Positions 39,908 to 50,297 are shown, counted from the first letter of the stretch. The stretch is DNA of 64,000 nucleotides from Parcubacteria group bacterium (GCA_041675165.1 JBAYUI010000002.1:376-64375); one strand, 5' to 3'. Notes: generated by a model from the letters alone, not told the origin. Translations and numbers: made by a program.

Positions 39908-41881
39908 ATGTCCGAAATCAATTTTTTTGCTAAAACTAATTTCAGAAATAAAGAAGTGGCTTTTGGCATCAAGGAAGATGACCGGCGCCGGCATATGTAT
40001 GTCATCGGGAAGACGGGTATGGGGAAATCCAATATGCTGGAAAATATGGCTATCCAAGACATTCGCGATGGCCATGGCGTATGCTATGTCGATCCGCACG
40101 GCGAAGGAGCGGAAAAGATGCTCCGAGCCGTACCGGCCAATCGTATCAATGATGTGGTCTATTTCAATCCATCCGACAAGGAATTTCCCATCGCTTTCAA
40201 TATCTTGGAATCGGTGGATGAAGATAAGAAAAACTTGGTGGCCAGCGGTATGATGGGAGTTTTCAAGAAGATCTGGCCGGACGTGTGGAGTCCGCGGATG
40301 GAATATATCCTCAATAACACCATTCTGGCGCTTTTGGACTATCCCGGCTCGACGATGCTCGGCGTGAACCGGATGATGAGTGACAAGGATTTCAGGAAGC
40401 GGGTCTATCCGAAGATCAAAGATCCGGTCGTGAAATCTTTCTGGATCAATGAGTTCGACCAATGGGATGACAAGTTCAGAAAAGAAGCGGTGGCGGCCAT
40501 CCAGAACAAAGTCGGACAATTTTTGTCATCTTTCGTCATCCGGCATATCGTGGGCCAGCCCAAATCGACCATCGATATGCGCGAGATTATGGATAATCAA
40601 AAAATTCTGATTGTCAATCTTTCCAAGGGTAAGATCGGTGAAGACGCAATGCGGCTTCTCGGCGGAATGATCGTGACCAAGATCCAGTTGGCCGCGATGG
40701 GACGGGTAGAGATTTCGGAAGCGGAGCGCAAAGACTTTTTTCTGTATGTGGATGAATTCCAGAATTTCGCGACTGAATCATTCGCCAATATATTATCCGA
40801 AGCGAGAAAATATCGTTTGTGCCTCATCTTGGCCCATCAATATATCAACCAGTTGATTTTCGACGGTAATGCCACGGTGCGTGATGCCATCTTCGGCAAT
40901 GTCGGCACGCTCGTATCTTTTCGCGTGGGAGCGGAAGACGCGGAGCATCTGGAAAAAGAATTCGAGCCGGTCTTTATGCAAAACGATATTGTGAACTTGG
41001 CCAAATATCAGATGTATCTCAAACTGATGATCGATGGTATTGCGGGGGATGCTTTTTCGGCCACTTCTTTGCCGCCCGTAGACCTGTCCGATACGCTAGG
41101 CAATGAGGAAAAGGTGATCAAGATTTCTCGCGAACGATATGGCAAATCTCGGGCGGAAGTTGAAGAACGGATCGCGCGTTGGAGCGGGATGTTTGATTTT
41201 TCTGAATTTGAAAAAGAAACACCGCTCAAAAAAAATTATTCGGACGCGGCTAGGCTCACGGTCAGACCGGGGGCGGGCATCATCAGGGAAAATGCTGCCG
41301 GTGCGGCGAATGCCAAGGGAAGAACGAACGGGAACAATCTTTCCAACAATAGATACGATCCGGCTAGAGCGGTGAAGGAAAATCTGTCTCAGGGTGAATA
41401 TGTTGCTAAAGTTCCGACTCCGAGCGATAAAAAGTCTGTCCCTGTTGCACCGGCTCCCATTGCGCCTGTTTCCACCTCGTCGTCTTCTCCGGCACCTGTC
41501 GCTGAGCGAAAGATGTTTGAAGCGGTTTGCAGCAGTTGTGAAGAACATATCCAAGTGCCGTTCGCCCCTGATCCGAAACGCCCGACATTTTGCAGAGAAT
41601 GTTTGAAGGAATATCAAAGGGCAAGAGCGCGGTCGCAATATGATAGGGCGGATCAGAACCAACTAGCCGTTAAAGAAAGACCGGACTATGATGGTAAAAG
41701 TAATAAAGAGGATGAACCCAGAGATGGCTCTCTGCCGGTCGCAATAGTGGCTAATGAAAAACCGATGCGACTCACTCAGATGGTGAATATGGCACCGAAA
41801 AAATTCCAAAGTGCGCGCCGAAGGCCGGAAGTGGATGTGGCCGGCGTGCGTGATCTCATCAATAAAACAAAAAATAATTGA
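39908..41881 (+). CDS. VirD4/TraG/HerA-like ATPase with C-terminal CxxC-x17-CxxC zinc ribbon
   Basis: DRRRHMYVIGKTGMGKS, YVDEFQNF, SEARKY, CSSC...CREC. Confidence 0.9.
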   Translation: MSEINFFAKTNFRNKEVAFGIKEDDRRRHMYVIGKTGMGKSNMLENMAIQDIRDGHGVCYVDPHGEGAEKMLRAVPANRINDVVYFNPSDKEFPIAFNILESVDEDKKNLVASGMMGVFKKIWPDVWSPRMEYILNNTILALLDYPGSTMLGVNRMMSDKDFRKRVYPKIKDPVVKSFWINEFDQWDDKFRKEAVAAIQNKVGQFLSSFVIRHIVGQPKSTIDMREIMDNQKILIVNLSKGKIGEDAMRLLGGMIVTKIQLAAMGRVEISEAERKDFFLYVDEFQNFATESFANILSEARKYRLCLILAHQYINQLIFDGNATVRDAIFGNVGTLVSFRVGAEDAEHLEKEFEPVFMQNDIVNLAKYQMYLKLMIDGIAGDAFSATSLPPVDLSDTLGNEEKVIKISRERYGKSRAEVEERIARWSGMFDFSEFEKETPLKKNYSDAARLTVRPGAGIIRENAAGAANAKGRTNGNNLSNNRYDPARAVKENLSQGEYVAKVPTPSDKKSVPVAPAPIAPVSTSSSSPAPVAERKMFEAVCSSCEEHIQVPFAPDPKRPTFCRECLKEYQRARARSQYDRADQNQLAVKERPDYDGKSNKEDEPRDGSLPVAIVANEKPMRLTQMVNMAPKKFQSARRRPEVDVAGVRDLINKTKNN

Positions 41882-41885
41882 AACA

Positions 41886-42074
41886 ATGATAAAATTCGAA
41901 CCTAATCGCAGGACGCTTAATTACTTGGCCTTGTTTATGTTGATATTTTTTAATGGCGTGCTGTTCGGTGTTTTGGCGTATGTCGGACGGAACGTGGTCA
42001 ATAATACGAAAGAGTCGCAAGTTCTGGAAGTTTCTCAGGATGTTCGCAACGAAATGGCGGGGCAAAAAAGGTAG
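41886..42074 (+). CDS. Small single-TM protein
   Basis: ATG 4 nt after the previous stop; hydrophobic segment. Confidence 0.55.
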   Translation: MIKFEPNRRTLNYLALFMLIFFNGVLFGVLAYVGRNVVNNTKESQVLEVSQDVRNEMAGQKR

Positions 42075-42152
42075 GTTGATAAGCGGGCTTGAAAATATTG
42101 TTTAAGCCTTTTTTATTTGCCTATTGTATCAAACTTTGATACCTTTTTACTT

Positions 42153-43265
42153 ATGAAACAGGAAAAGCTAAAAATTTTAGTCGGGATGAGCGGCGGGGTG
42201 GATTCGAGTGTGGCGGCGGCCTTGCTTAAATATCAGGGCTATGATGTCACGGGTCTTTTTATGCGGATGCATAAAGGAGAAGGGGTGGAAAAAGATCTGG
42301 CGGACGTGATAAATGTGTGTGAAAAATTGGGCATCCCGTTGCAGACAGTTGACGTGCGGCGCAAATTCCAAAAAGAAGTGGTGAAATATTTTCTCTCCGA
42401 ATATGCCGCCGCGCGGACGCCCAATCCGTGCGTTTTTTGCAATAAGAATTTCAAGTTTAAGATTTTGCTGGAAGAAGCTAAAAAGATTAAGGCAGATTAT
42501 GTTGCTACAGGTCATTATGCGAGAATAACCAAGATACAAGAAACAATAACCAAGCAAAATCCAAAATCCAAAATTCCAAATTACAAATTAAAAACCGCTA
42601 AAGACAAAAGCAAAGACCAATCATATTTTCTATATCGCCTAGGACAAGAAGAATTGGCTATGATTATTTTTCCACTGGGGGAATATGAGAAAACTGAAGT
42701 GAAGAAGCTGGCGAAAAAGTTGGGGCTCGAGGTGAGTGAGAAAAAGGAATCGCAGGATGTGTGCTTTATGGCCGGGCTGACGAAGGAAGCATTCCTCAAG
42801 AGGAATCTGAAACTTGAGAAAGGCAAGATAGTTGACGTGCAGGGTGAAATTATTGGGGAGCATAGCGGCTTGCCGTTGTATACGCTCGGGCAGAGAAAAG
42901 GCATCCATATCGGCGGCACAGGACCATATTATGTGGTGGATAAAGATTTTAAGCAGAACCGACTGGTGGTGACGAATGATAAAAAAGCGGCCGCATTATT
43001 TTCTACAACGATAAATCTGGAAGATGTTAATTGGACCTTTGGCGCAGCGCCTAAGTTGCCCGTGCGGGTTCTGATGCGCAGCCGGTACCGAAATCCTTTG
43101 GTTTATGCTACAATTAAGTCACAAATCAGTACGAATAAAAAATCCGCGAATAGTTACGAGTATAGCGTTAAATTTGAAAAGCCGGAGAAGGCAGCGGCTA
43201 GCGGCCAGTCAGTAGTGTTTTATACCAAAGCCGGCGAAGTGATCGGCGGAGGGATAATAAAATAA
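42153..43265 (+). CDS. mnmA: tRNA-specific 2-thiouridylase MnmA
   Basis: GMSGGVDSSV, TPNPCVFCN, ATGHYA, KDQSYFL, ESQDVCF. Confidence 0.97.
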   Translation: MKQEKLKILVGMSGGVDSSVAAALLKYQGYDVTGLFMRMHKGEGVEKDLADVINVCEKLGIPLQTVDVRRKFQKEVVKYFLSEYAAARTPNPCVFCNKNFKFKILLEEAKKIKADYVATGHYARITKIQETITKQNPKSKIPNYKLKTAKDKSKDQSYFLYRLGQEELAMIIFPLGEYEKTEVKKLAKKLGLEVSEKKESQDVCFMAGLTKEAFLKRNLKLEKGKIVDVQGEIIGEHSGLPLYTLGQRKGIHIGGTGPYYVVDKDFKQNRLVVTNDKKAAALFSTTINLEDVNWTFGAAPKLPVRVLMRSRYRNPLVYATIKSQISTNKKSANSYEYSVKFEKPEKAAASGQSVVFYTKAGEVIGGGIIK

Positions 43266-43372
43266 AAATTTCAAAATCCAAAATCCAAATGATAAATAAA
43301 ATCCAAATGACAAAAATTTGAAATTTGTCATTGGAAATTGATTTGACATTAGGACTTTGAAATTTGGATTTA
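43264..43372. repeat. AT-rich iterated palindrome (same family as 36196-36310)
   Basis: aaatccaaaatccaaatgataa...ttgtcattgg...tttggattt. Confidence 0.7.
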
Positions 43373-43378
43373 CAACTT

Positions 43379-43657
43379 ATGTATACCGACGATGATTTGA
43401 AAAATTTAAGCGGAGAAGATAAAAAGCGGCAATCGCGCAATTTTCAGATGCAGATTATCGTGCTCGATTCTGACAATCGCAAGGTGGAAAATCGGAAGAA
43501 CATGTTGGACGCGGAAATCAGGAAGTTGAGGGTCGATCAGGAGCGGATGCGGATCAAGATGGATGAGAAAAAAAAGGAATATGATGAGGCTGTCCGTCAA
43601 ATTTTGAAAAATGAAGAAGATATGAAAAGGCTGAAGAAAAAAATGAATCTATTGTAA
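43379..43657 (+). CDS. Coiled-coil hypothetical protein
   Basis: Charged heptad-like ORF. Confidence 0.65.
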   Translation: MYTDDDLKNLSGEDKKRQSRNFQMQIIVLDSDNRKVENRKNMLDAEIRKLRVDQERMRIKMDEKKKEYDEAVRQILKNEEDMKRLKKKMNLL

Positions 43658-43675
43658 TTAGTAAACTTAAAATAT

Positions 43676-43909
43676 ATGATATCAAAATTTTATAACATTG
43701 CAATCGCACAGATCGGCAGTCGCGGTGCCGAGATGAATAAAAATGTTTATAACTATCAAAATATCATAAAAGATATAGAAAAAGAGCTTGACCGCAAAAT
43801 AATCAATGTCGATGAAGCGATGAAAAGATTACATGGCCGTTTTTCTTATCATCTGACAGGCGATGATTATCAAAAGATCGAAAAAGAAGTGCGGTATAAC
43901 GTCAAATGA
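43676..43909 (+). CDS. Hypothetical protein
   Basis: ORF co-oriented between core genes. Confidence 0.55.
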   Translation: MISKFYNIAIAQIGSRGAEMNKNVYNYQNIIKDIEKELDRKIINVDEAMKRLHGRFSYHLTGDDYQKIEKEVRYNVK

Positions 43910-43962
43910 ATATCCAATATATACCTGCAATAGCCACAACTCTTAAACAGCTATAATACATA

Positions 43963-45804
43963 ATGCCTATGACTGCCAATGAACTCCGTCAACAATATTT
44001 GGAATTTTTCAAAAGCAAGGGACACGCCATCATCCCCAGCGCGCCGGTGGTGCCGGAAAATGATCCGACCACGCTTTTCATCACGGCCGGGATGCATCCT
44101 TTGGTGCCATACTTAATGGGGGAAAATCATCCGCAAGGTATGCGCTTGGCCAATGCGCAAAAATCCATCCGTACGATCGACATTGACGAAGTGGGCGACC
44201 GCACTCACCACACTTTTTTCGAGATGCTGGGCAATTGGTCTCTCGGCGACTATTTCAAAAAAGAAGCCCTAACGTGGAGCTGGGAATTTCTGACTTCGCC
44301 GGACTGGCTCGGGCTGGACAAAAATCGTTTGGCTTGTTCGGTGTTCGAGGGGGACACGGATGCGCCGTTCGATGAGGAAGCTTTCAATATTTGGAAAAAT
44401 TTGGGTATGCCGGTTGCGCGCATCGCCAAGTTGCCGAAGAAGAATAATTGGTGGGGACCGGCCGGGACGACCGGGCCGTGCGGACCGGACAGTGAAATGT
44501 TCTATTGGATCGGCGACCCCAAAAAAGTGCCGGACAGCTTCAATGATGATAATGACAATTGGGTGGAGATCTGGAATGATGTTTTCATGCAATACAACAA
44601 AAAAGCGGATGGTACGTTTGAAAAATTGGCGCAACAGAATGTCGACACGGGGATGGGACTGATGCGGGTGCTCACCGCCATAAACGGTCTCGATGACAAT
44701 TATCGCACGGAACTTTTCTGGCCGCTCATCCAAAAAATTGAAGAATTGTCGGGAAAGAAATATGATGAAGTAGGGGTTATGAGGCCGATGCGTATTATTG
44801 CTGACCATATCAAGGCAGCTGTGTTCATTATGGCTGATGGCGTGAAGCCAGGAAATTCTGAGAGAAGTTATATTCTCAGGCGCCTTATTCGTCGAGCGGT
44901 GCGTCAAGGACATATCTTGGGCATCAAAGAAAATTTCACGGTTTCAATTGCTAAAGTGGTGCAAGAAATTTATGGAGCAGTTTACGGGGAAATTTTAGAT
45001 GATAATATTATGAATATTTTAGAAAATGAGGAGGATAAGTTTAAAAAGACTGTTGTAAAAGGCCTGGGAGAATTGTTTAAACTAGTCGGGATTGAAAATC
45101 AATTTGCTCAAGGGAAAATTGAAGACATGAAAATCAATATAGAAGATATCAATGGTAGGGAATTATTTAATCTATATCAGACATACGGACTCCCTATAGA
45201 GCTAAGTATTGAAGAAATAAATCACCAAATGTTGTCTGAATCAAGAAAGATTGACGAAGAAACGGAAAAAAAGTGGTTAGCTGGTTTTAAAAATGAATTG
45301 CAAAAACACCAAGAACTTTCTCGTACCGCTTCAGCCGGAATGTTCAAGGGCGGCTTGGCTGATACGAAGGAAGAAACGACGGCCTTGCACACGGCGGCGC
45401 ATCTGATGTTGGCGGGACTGCGGAAAGTTTTGGGCAGCCATGTGCATCAGAAAGGTTCGAACATCAACGGCGAAAGGTTGCGTTTTGATTTTTCCCATGC
45501 GGAAAAAATGACGGATGAACAGAAAAAATTGGTGGAAGATTATGTCAATGAAGCTATCACGGCCAAAATGCCGGTGGAAATGACTGAAATGACACTGGAC
45601 GAAGCGCGCGCCGCGGGAGCGGAAGGTGCGTTCGAGAATAAATATGGCGAGGTGGTGAAGGTCTATAAGATCGAAGGTTTCTCTTCGGAAATCTGCGGCG
45701 GTCCACACGTGGCCAACACCGGCGATATCCATGGCACGTTCAAGATTAAAAAAGAAGAAAGTTCTTCAGCTGGCGTAAGAAGGATTAAGGCAGTGATTGC
45801 ATAA
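43963..45804 (+). CDS. alaS: Alanyl-tRNA synthetase, short form without C-Ala domain
   Basis: DPTTLFITAGM, HHTFFEMLGNWS, VDTGMG, HTAAH, EICGGPH, GVRRIKA at the C-terminus. Confidence 0.97.
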   Translation: MPMTANELRQQYLEFFKSKGHAIIPSAPVVPENDPTTLFITAGMHPLVPYLMGENHPQGMRLANAQKSIRTIDIDEVGDRTHHTFFEMLGNWSLGDYFKKEALTWSWEFLTSPDWLGLDKNRLACSVFEGDTDAPFDEEAFNIWKNLGMPVARIAKLPKKNNWWGPAGTTGPCGPDSEMFYWIGDPKKVPDSFNDDNDNWVEIWNDVFMQYNKKADGTFEKLAQQNVDTGMGLMRVLTAINGLDDNYRTELFWPLIQKIEELSGKKYDEVGVMRPMRIIADHIKAAVFIMADGVKPGNSERSYILRRLIRRAVRQGHILGIKENFTVSIAKVVQEIYGAVYGEILDDNIMNILENEEDKFKKTVVKGLGELFKLVGIENQFAQGKIEDMKINIEDINGRELFNLYQTYGLPIELSIEEINHQMLSESRKIDEETEKKWLAGFKNELQKHQELSRTASAGMFKGGLADTKEETTALHTAAHLMLAGLRKVLGSHVHQKGSNINGERLRFDFSHAEKMTDEQKKLVEDYVNEAITAKMPVEMTEMTLDEARAAGAEGAFENKYGEVVKVYKIEGFSSEICGGPHVANTGDIHGTFKIKKEESSSAGVRRIKAVIA

Positions 45805-45808
45805 AATT

Positions 45809-47401
45809 ATGAATCTTGAACCAAAACTTGAAAACATTGCTATTGCAAACAAAAAAGAGAGTGGGAATGAACAATCCATAGGGAATTCCAATAGGGAAGA
45901 CAATCAAACCGAAGAACTGCATTCAGAAGAATTACAGCAGGAAAATTTGCAAAGAGATCATGATGTGCTTAAGAGAGAGCTTTTTCAAAAATACGGACAA
46001 GCTTTTTGGGATCTTGGTGACAAGAAAAAATTCCCTCTTGAAATAAATGAGAAAGTGAGAAGCGTGATCACTGATCCGAAAGATTGGGCAACTTATTTTA
46101 GATTTGCCCAAGCCGCTTATGTAACAAGAAGTGGTGCAAAATATGAAAAACCGCAAGGTCATCCTAATATCATGCATCCGTCAGAAAAGACTATTGAAAA
46201 AATAGAAGTGAATATTGCTGATTCGTCCACGCGCGAAAAATATATAGAAAATTGGCCGTATAAAGATTTTTCCCTTGATGAATGGGAAGAAAATGGTTTT
46301 TTGATTACCAAGGAAGGATTGCCTTCGAAACTTGAACGTGAATATTATGAACTGGTTAGAACAGGAGATTTCAAAAAATGGTTTGGCGATTGGGAAGATC
46401 ATTCAGATGATCAAGAAGTGAGTAAAATGATTGATCCTGATACCAAAGAACCTAAAGTTTTTTATCGCGGAGATAAATCTCGTTTCAAGCCAGGTTTTAT
46501 AGTTTTGGATGACGACGGTCGAACACCTGATATTGATAAATTAAAATTAGATGAAGAGGGTAATCCCGTCCTTGGCGAGGGCAATCCTATTCTTGGTATA
46601 GAAAGAGAAAAAGCTCTTTCAAGAAGACAAGGGGTGTTTTTTACTAATAACAAAAAAGTAGCATTGGATTATGGGGTTGATATCGACGCCAATACATTAG
46701 GGAAGACCGGTCTTGAATCAGAAAGAGATCATCCGGAAACATTTCCAAAAATGAAAGATTGGCTCGAATCTTTTGCTAACTCTTCTCCAAATTTTTGGAA
46801 AAATATTACACAGTACATATTAGACTACAGTCCTGAAATAGAAGCGGATGATTATAGGCATCGTTTTCATGTTATGTGTTACGACATGCGCATAATGGGA
46901 AAGAACGAAGATGATTTATGGGATGAAGTTACTAATCAGAGGAGACATGAAAAACCCAGCTACTATATAGATATATTTATCAAATCAGGAAATTTTGAGC
47001 GATTGATAGATGGATTTAATTCATATGTAAAGGATGAATCTGATAATTCATTTAAAAAAAGTTTAAAATCTAACGAGTGGCATAAGCCGGAATGGATGTT
47101 GCAGTTTAGGAAATTGCGATTGGATTATTTGACGGAACCATTAGTTCTTTCAACTGTTTTTATCCGATCTAAAAATCCTAGAATAGAAAGAAGAATTGAT
47201 GTGACTGAAAATTCAGATGTGCATTGGGCGCGAAAAGATGGACATGATTCATTTATTAACAAAGAAGGAGTCGGAGGAATAAAGGAGGCAGATGAAATAG
47301 TAATGTTTGATTTGAAAAATATTTGGGTTGCAAAAAAAGAACATCTGGATTACTCGGATGTGGAAAGAGTTGATAAGGTGAATGGAATTACAAGACTTTA
47401 A
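45809..47401 (+). CDS. Hypothetical protein with ART-PolyVal-like ADP-ribosyltransferase motifs
   Basis: FKKWFGDWE...PKVFYRG...GVFFT...VFIRSKNP...GHDSFI...EIVMFD. Confidence 0.65.
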   Translation: MNLEPKLENIAIANKKESGNEQSIGNSNREDNQTEELHSEELQQENLQRDHDVLKRELFQKYGQAFWDLGDKKKFPLEINEKVRSVITDPKDWATYFRFAQAAYVTRSGAKYEKPQGHPNIMHPSEKTIEKIEVNIADSSTREKYIENWPYKDFSLDEWEENGFLITKEGLPSKLEREYYELVRTGDFKKWFGDWEDHSDDQEVSKMIDPDTKEPKVFYRGDKSRFKPGFIVLDDDGRTPDIDKLKLDEEGNPVLGEGNPILGIEREKALSRRQGVFFTNNKKVALDYGVDIDANTLGKTGLESERDHPETFPKMKDWLESFANSSPNFWKNITQYILDYSPEIEADDYRHRFHVMCYDMRIMGKNEDDLWDEVTNQRRHEKPSYYIDIFIKSGNFERLIDGFNSYVKDESDNSFKKSLKSNEWHKPEWMLQFRKLRLDYLTEPLVLSTVFIRSKNPRIERRIDVTENSDVHWARKDGHDSFINKEGVGGIKEADEIVMFDLKNIWVAKKEHLDYSDVERVDKVNGITRL

Positions 47402-47437
47402 TTTTTTATTATTATTGAATGTTAATTTAACAAAAAT

Positions 47438-48652
47438 ATGTCAAAAATTATTACAGATGAAAAAAGGATTGATGAGATTTTGGAGCGGGGAGTGCTGGTT
47501 GATTTTTTGCCGACCAAAAAAGAATTCAAGGAAGCGCTGATGAATGCCGAAAAACCCTTGCGTTTCTATATGGGCGCCGATCCGACGGCCAAAGCCTTGC
47601 ATCTGGGGCATGCGCAAAATCTGATGGTGCTGGAAGATTTTCGAAAATTGGGTCATGAAGTGATTTTTCTCATCGGGGATTTCACTGGGATGATTGGTGA
47701 TCCGAGCGACAAAAGTTCGGCGCGAGTGAAGCAGACACGCGAAGAAGTGGCGGAAAATTTCAGCCATTGGAAAGAGCAAGTGAAAAATATTTTGGATTTC
47801 GATGATGCGGCTAATCCTGTTTTGATCAAATATAATTCTGAATGGTTGAGCAAGCTCAATTATGGTGAAGTCTTGGAATTGGCCAGTAATTTCACGGTTC
47901 AGCAGATGTTGGAGCGAGATATGTTTGAAAAACGACTGAAAGAAGCGCGGCCGATCTATCTGCACGAGTTTCTCTATCCTTTGATGCAAGGCTATGACAG
48001 CGTGGCGATGGATGTGGACGTGGAGTTGTGCGGGACGGATCAGATTTTCAACGCTTTGGCCGGCCGGACTTTGATGCAAAAACTCAAAAATAAGAATAAG
48101 TTTGTCATTGCCACGAAACTCATTGCAGATGAAAAAACCAAAATGCTGATGTCCAAATCAAATGGCACGGGAGTATTTTTGGACTTGGAGTCCAATGATC
48201 TTTTCGGCGCCATTATGTCGCAACCCGACGGAATGCTCCGGCCGCTTCTTGTCGGATGCACGCGAATCACTCCGGCCGAAATCGAAGATTTGATGAATTT
48301 GGAAAATCCGCGCGACGCGAAAGTCCGATTAGCTGGTGAAATTGTGAAAATTTATCATGGCGAGGAAGCTGCTTCGGCCGCTCAAGAAAATTTTGAGAAA
48401 GTTTTTTCCCAAAAAGGCACGCCGGACAAGGTGACGGAAATAGAAATTTCCACAGAAGCTTCTATAGTGGAAGTGATGGTGGGTGCAAATCTGGCAGACT
48501 CCAACGCGGACGCTAAAAGAAAAATCAAACAAAGCGGCGTGAAAATAAACGACGAAGTCATCGATAGCGTCGAAACGGTCATTGCGCCGGAAATGGATGG
48601 ACAGATTTTAAAAGTGGGGAAAAGAGAGTTTCGGAAGATTAAATTGAAATAA
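47438..48652 (+). CDS. tyrS: Tyrosyl-tRNA synthetase
   Basis: GADPTAKALHLGH, YPLMQGYD, GTDQ.FN, LMSKS, C-terminal S4 domain. Confidence 0.97.
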   Translation: MSKIITDEKRIDEILERGVLVDFLPTKKEFKEALMNAEKPLRFYMGADPTAKALHLGHAQNLMVLEDFRKLGHEVIFLIGDFTGMIGDPSDKSSARVKQTREEVAENFSHWKEQVKNILDFDDAANPVLIKYNSEWLSKLNYGEVLELASNFTVQQMLERDMFEKRLKEARPIYLHEFLYPLMQGYDSVAMDVDVELCGTDQIFNALAGRTLMQKLKNKNKFVIATKLIADEKTKMLMSKSNGTGVFLDLESNDLFGAIMSQPDGMLRPLLVGCTRITPAEIEDLMNLENPRDAKVRLAGEIVKIYHGEEAASAAQENFEKVFSQKGTPDKVTEIEISTEASIVEVMVGANLADSNADAKRKIKQSGVKINDEVIDSVETVIAPEMDGQILKVGKREFRKIKLK

Positions 48653-48699
48653 TTTCTCGAGAGAGTTGTTTTATTTACCACCTTTGATAGAATGAGAAT

Positions 48700-49116
48700 A
48701 TGACAAATATAAATTCGCTGACAAGCGAGCAAAAGTTGAGAGTTGCTAAGATTGCCAAAAAATTTAGCCTGAGATTGGTTTTAGTTTTTGGCTCTTTTGC
48801 CGCGGGAAAAAACAGAAAGGACAGTGATTTGGATATTGCTGTTTTGGGTTCAGGCGGCATTTCTTTTCGAGAACAAGTAAGTCTTATTAATGAACTCTCA
48901 CATATTTTCGGCAAGGATGTTGATTTGTCAGTTTTAAATAGAGCTAACCCACTCTTGCTTTTTGAGGTTAGCAAAAACTCATTGCTGTTATATGGAGAAA
49001 AAGAAGAGTTTTTCAATTTTAAGTTGCGTGCTTTTCATGCTTACAATGACTACGCTCCTTATTTTGAAATGGAAAAAGAGTTGAATAAAAAAAACATAAA
49101 CGCTTATGCCAATTGA
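48700..49116 (+). CDS. Minimal nucleotidyltransferase (MntA-type antitoxin)
   Basis: VFGSFA.G....DSDLDIAV...VDL. Confidence 0.9.
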   Translation: MTNINSLTSEQKLRVAKIAKKFSLRLVLVFGSFAAGKNRKDSDLDIAVLGSGGISFREQVSLINELSHIFGKDVDLSVLNRANPLLLFEVSKNSLLLYGEKEEFFNFKLRAFHAYNDYAPYFEMEKELNKKNINAYAN

Positions 49117-49528
49117 TGAAAGGCTTATTAGCCGAAAAATAACTTTTATAAACAACGATCTGAAAAGTCTGAAATCGCTAAGCAAGCTTTCTCTTAAAAC
49201 TTATTTAAGCAAGTCTGATTACGAGGCTTTAGCGGAAAGATATTTGGAAAGAATAATTGGTAGGATGATTGATATTAACTATCATATTTTGTCAGAAAAA
49301 GAGAATGAGATCCCAACGGATTTTTACAGTTCGTTCATTATGCTCGGCAGAAAAAAATATTTGCCGTTAAAGCTAGCCGAAGCGATGGCGTCTTCCGCCG
49401 GACTTCGAAACAGATTGGCGCATGAATATGATGAGGTTGATGCCAAGAAAATTTTTGATGCGATTGGGACATGCCTAAAAGATGTGCCTAGATATTTGAA
49501 AAATATTGTTAACGCGCTGGAGTTGTGA
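49106..49528 (+). CDS. HEPN/DUF86 RNase toxin (HepT-type)
   Basis: GLRNRLAHEY (Rx4H-Y); overlaps the MNT gene. Confidence 0.9.
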   Translation: MPIDERLISRKITFINNDLKSLKSLSKLSLKTYLSKSDYEALAERYLERIIGRMIDINYHILSEKENEIPTDFYSSFIMLGRKKYLPLKLAEAMASSAGLRNRLAHEYDEVDAKKIFDAIGTCLKDVPRYLKNIVNALEL

Positions 49529-49714
49529 AAAAGGTTCGTGAATAGACACGAAGAAAAACGTCCAATATGTCACTGGCCGGTTTTTGCAGTTGACTTTTTG
49601 GCCGGTTTGTGCTATCATTCTGGGTCAAATAGGTCGTTGTAAATTAAATAAAAAAGCTGGATAAAATCGTAAGAAGACAAAGAAGGCATAACCTAAAATC
49701 AACGGAGGTGTGTT

Positions 49715-50092
49715 ATGAGAAAGGGAACATTTTTTGCAGTAATTCTGGCAGTTTTTATGTCTATTGTAAATTGTAATGCCAGTGATGGCAATTGCATTAA
49801 AGGCCTTGGCACGGCCATTGGCAACGGCGAAATTAATACGGTGCCGGTGTATGTCGTGACAAAAGGGGAATTCAATGCTCCACTTAAAGGAGAAGGCATG
49901 GAGGTTCCCTTAGGCCAGTACATCGTTGGAAAAGATGGAAAGCTGGTTAATGTGACTGGAAAATCTATGCGAGGAATATTTGAGGCCGGACTAGCTTCCT
50001 ATGGGATAAAAGAGTCTGGTAGCATACTCAATGTAAACAGATGTCTAGAAGGTAGTAACCTTATCATCTACGTATTTGATTACAGAAAATAA
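49715..50092 (+). CDS. Secreted hypothetical protein
   Basis: Signal-peptide-like N-terminus, GGAGGT SD, TTGACT...TATCAT promoter-like pair and a downstream hairpin. Confidence 0.7.
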   Translation: MRKGTFFAVILAVFMSIVNCNASDGNCIKGLGTAIGNGEINTVPVYVVTKGEFNAPLKGEGMEVPLGQYIVGKDGKLVNVTGKSMRGIFEAGLASYGIKESGSILNVNRCLEGSNLIIYVFDYRK

Positions 50093-50204
50093 TCGAGTTA
50101 CGAAACAGAAGAGTTCTTGAAGAACGCATTTCCTCAAGGGCTCTTTTTTTATTTGTCACATTCCCTAATTTATTCTATAATTAACTTGCAGAGGAAGAAG
50201 TAAA

Positions 50205-50268
50205 CCAGCCTCCGCTAAAGCTATGGCGTGGCGAAGCCTGCCTTCGCTGAAGCTACGGCGTGGCAAAG
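50205..50268 (+). repeat. Tandem pair of REP-like hairpins
   Basis: gcctccgctaaagctatggcgtggc and gccttcgctgaagctacggcgtggc; related to the in-frame copy at 8703-8737. Confidence 0.7.
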
Positions 50269-50297
50269 GAAAAACAAAATAAAAAAAGATTTTATAT

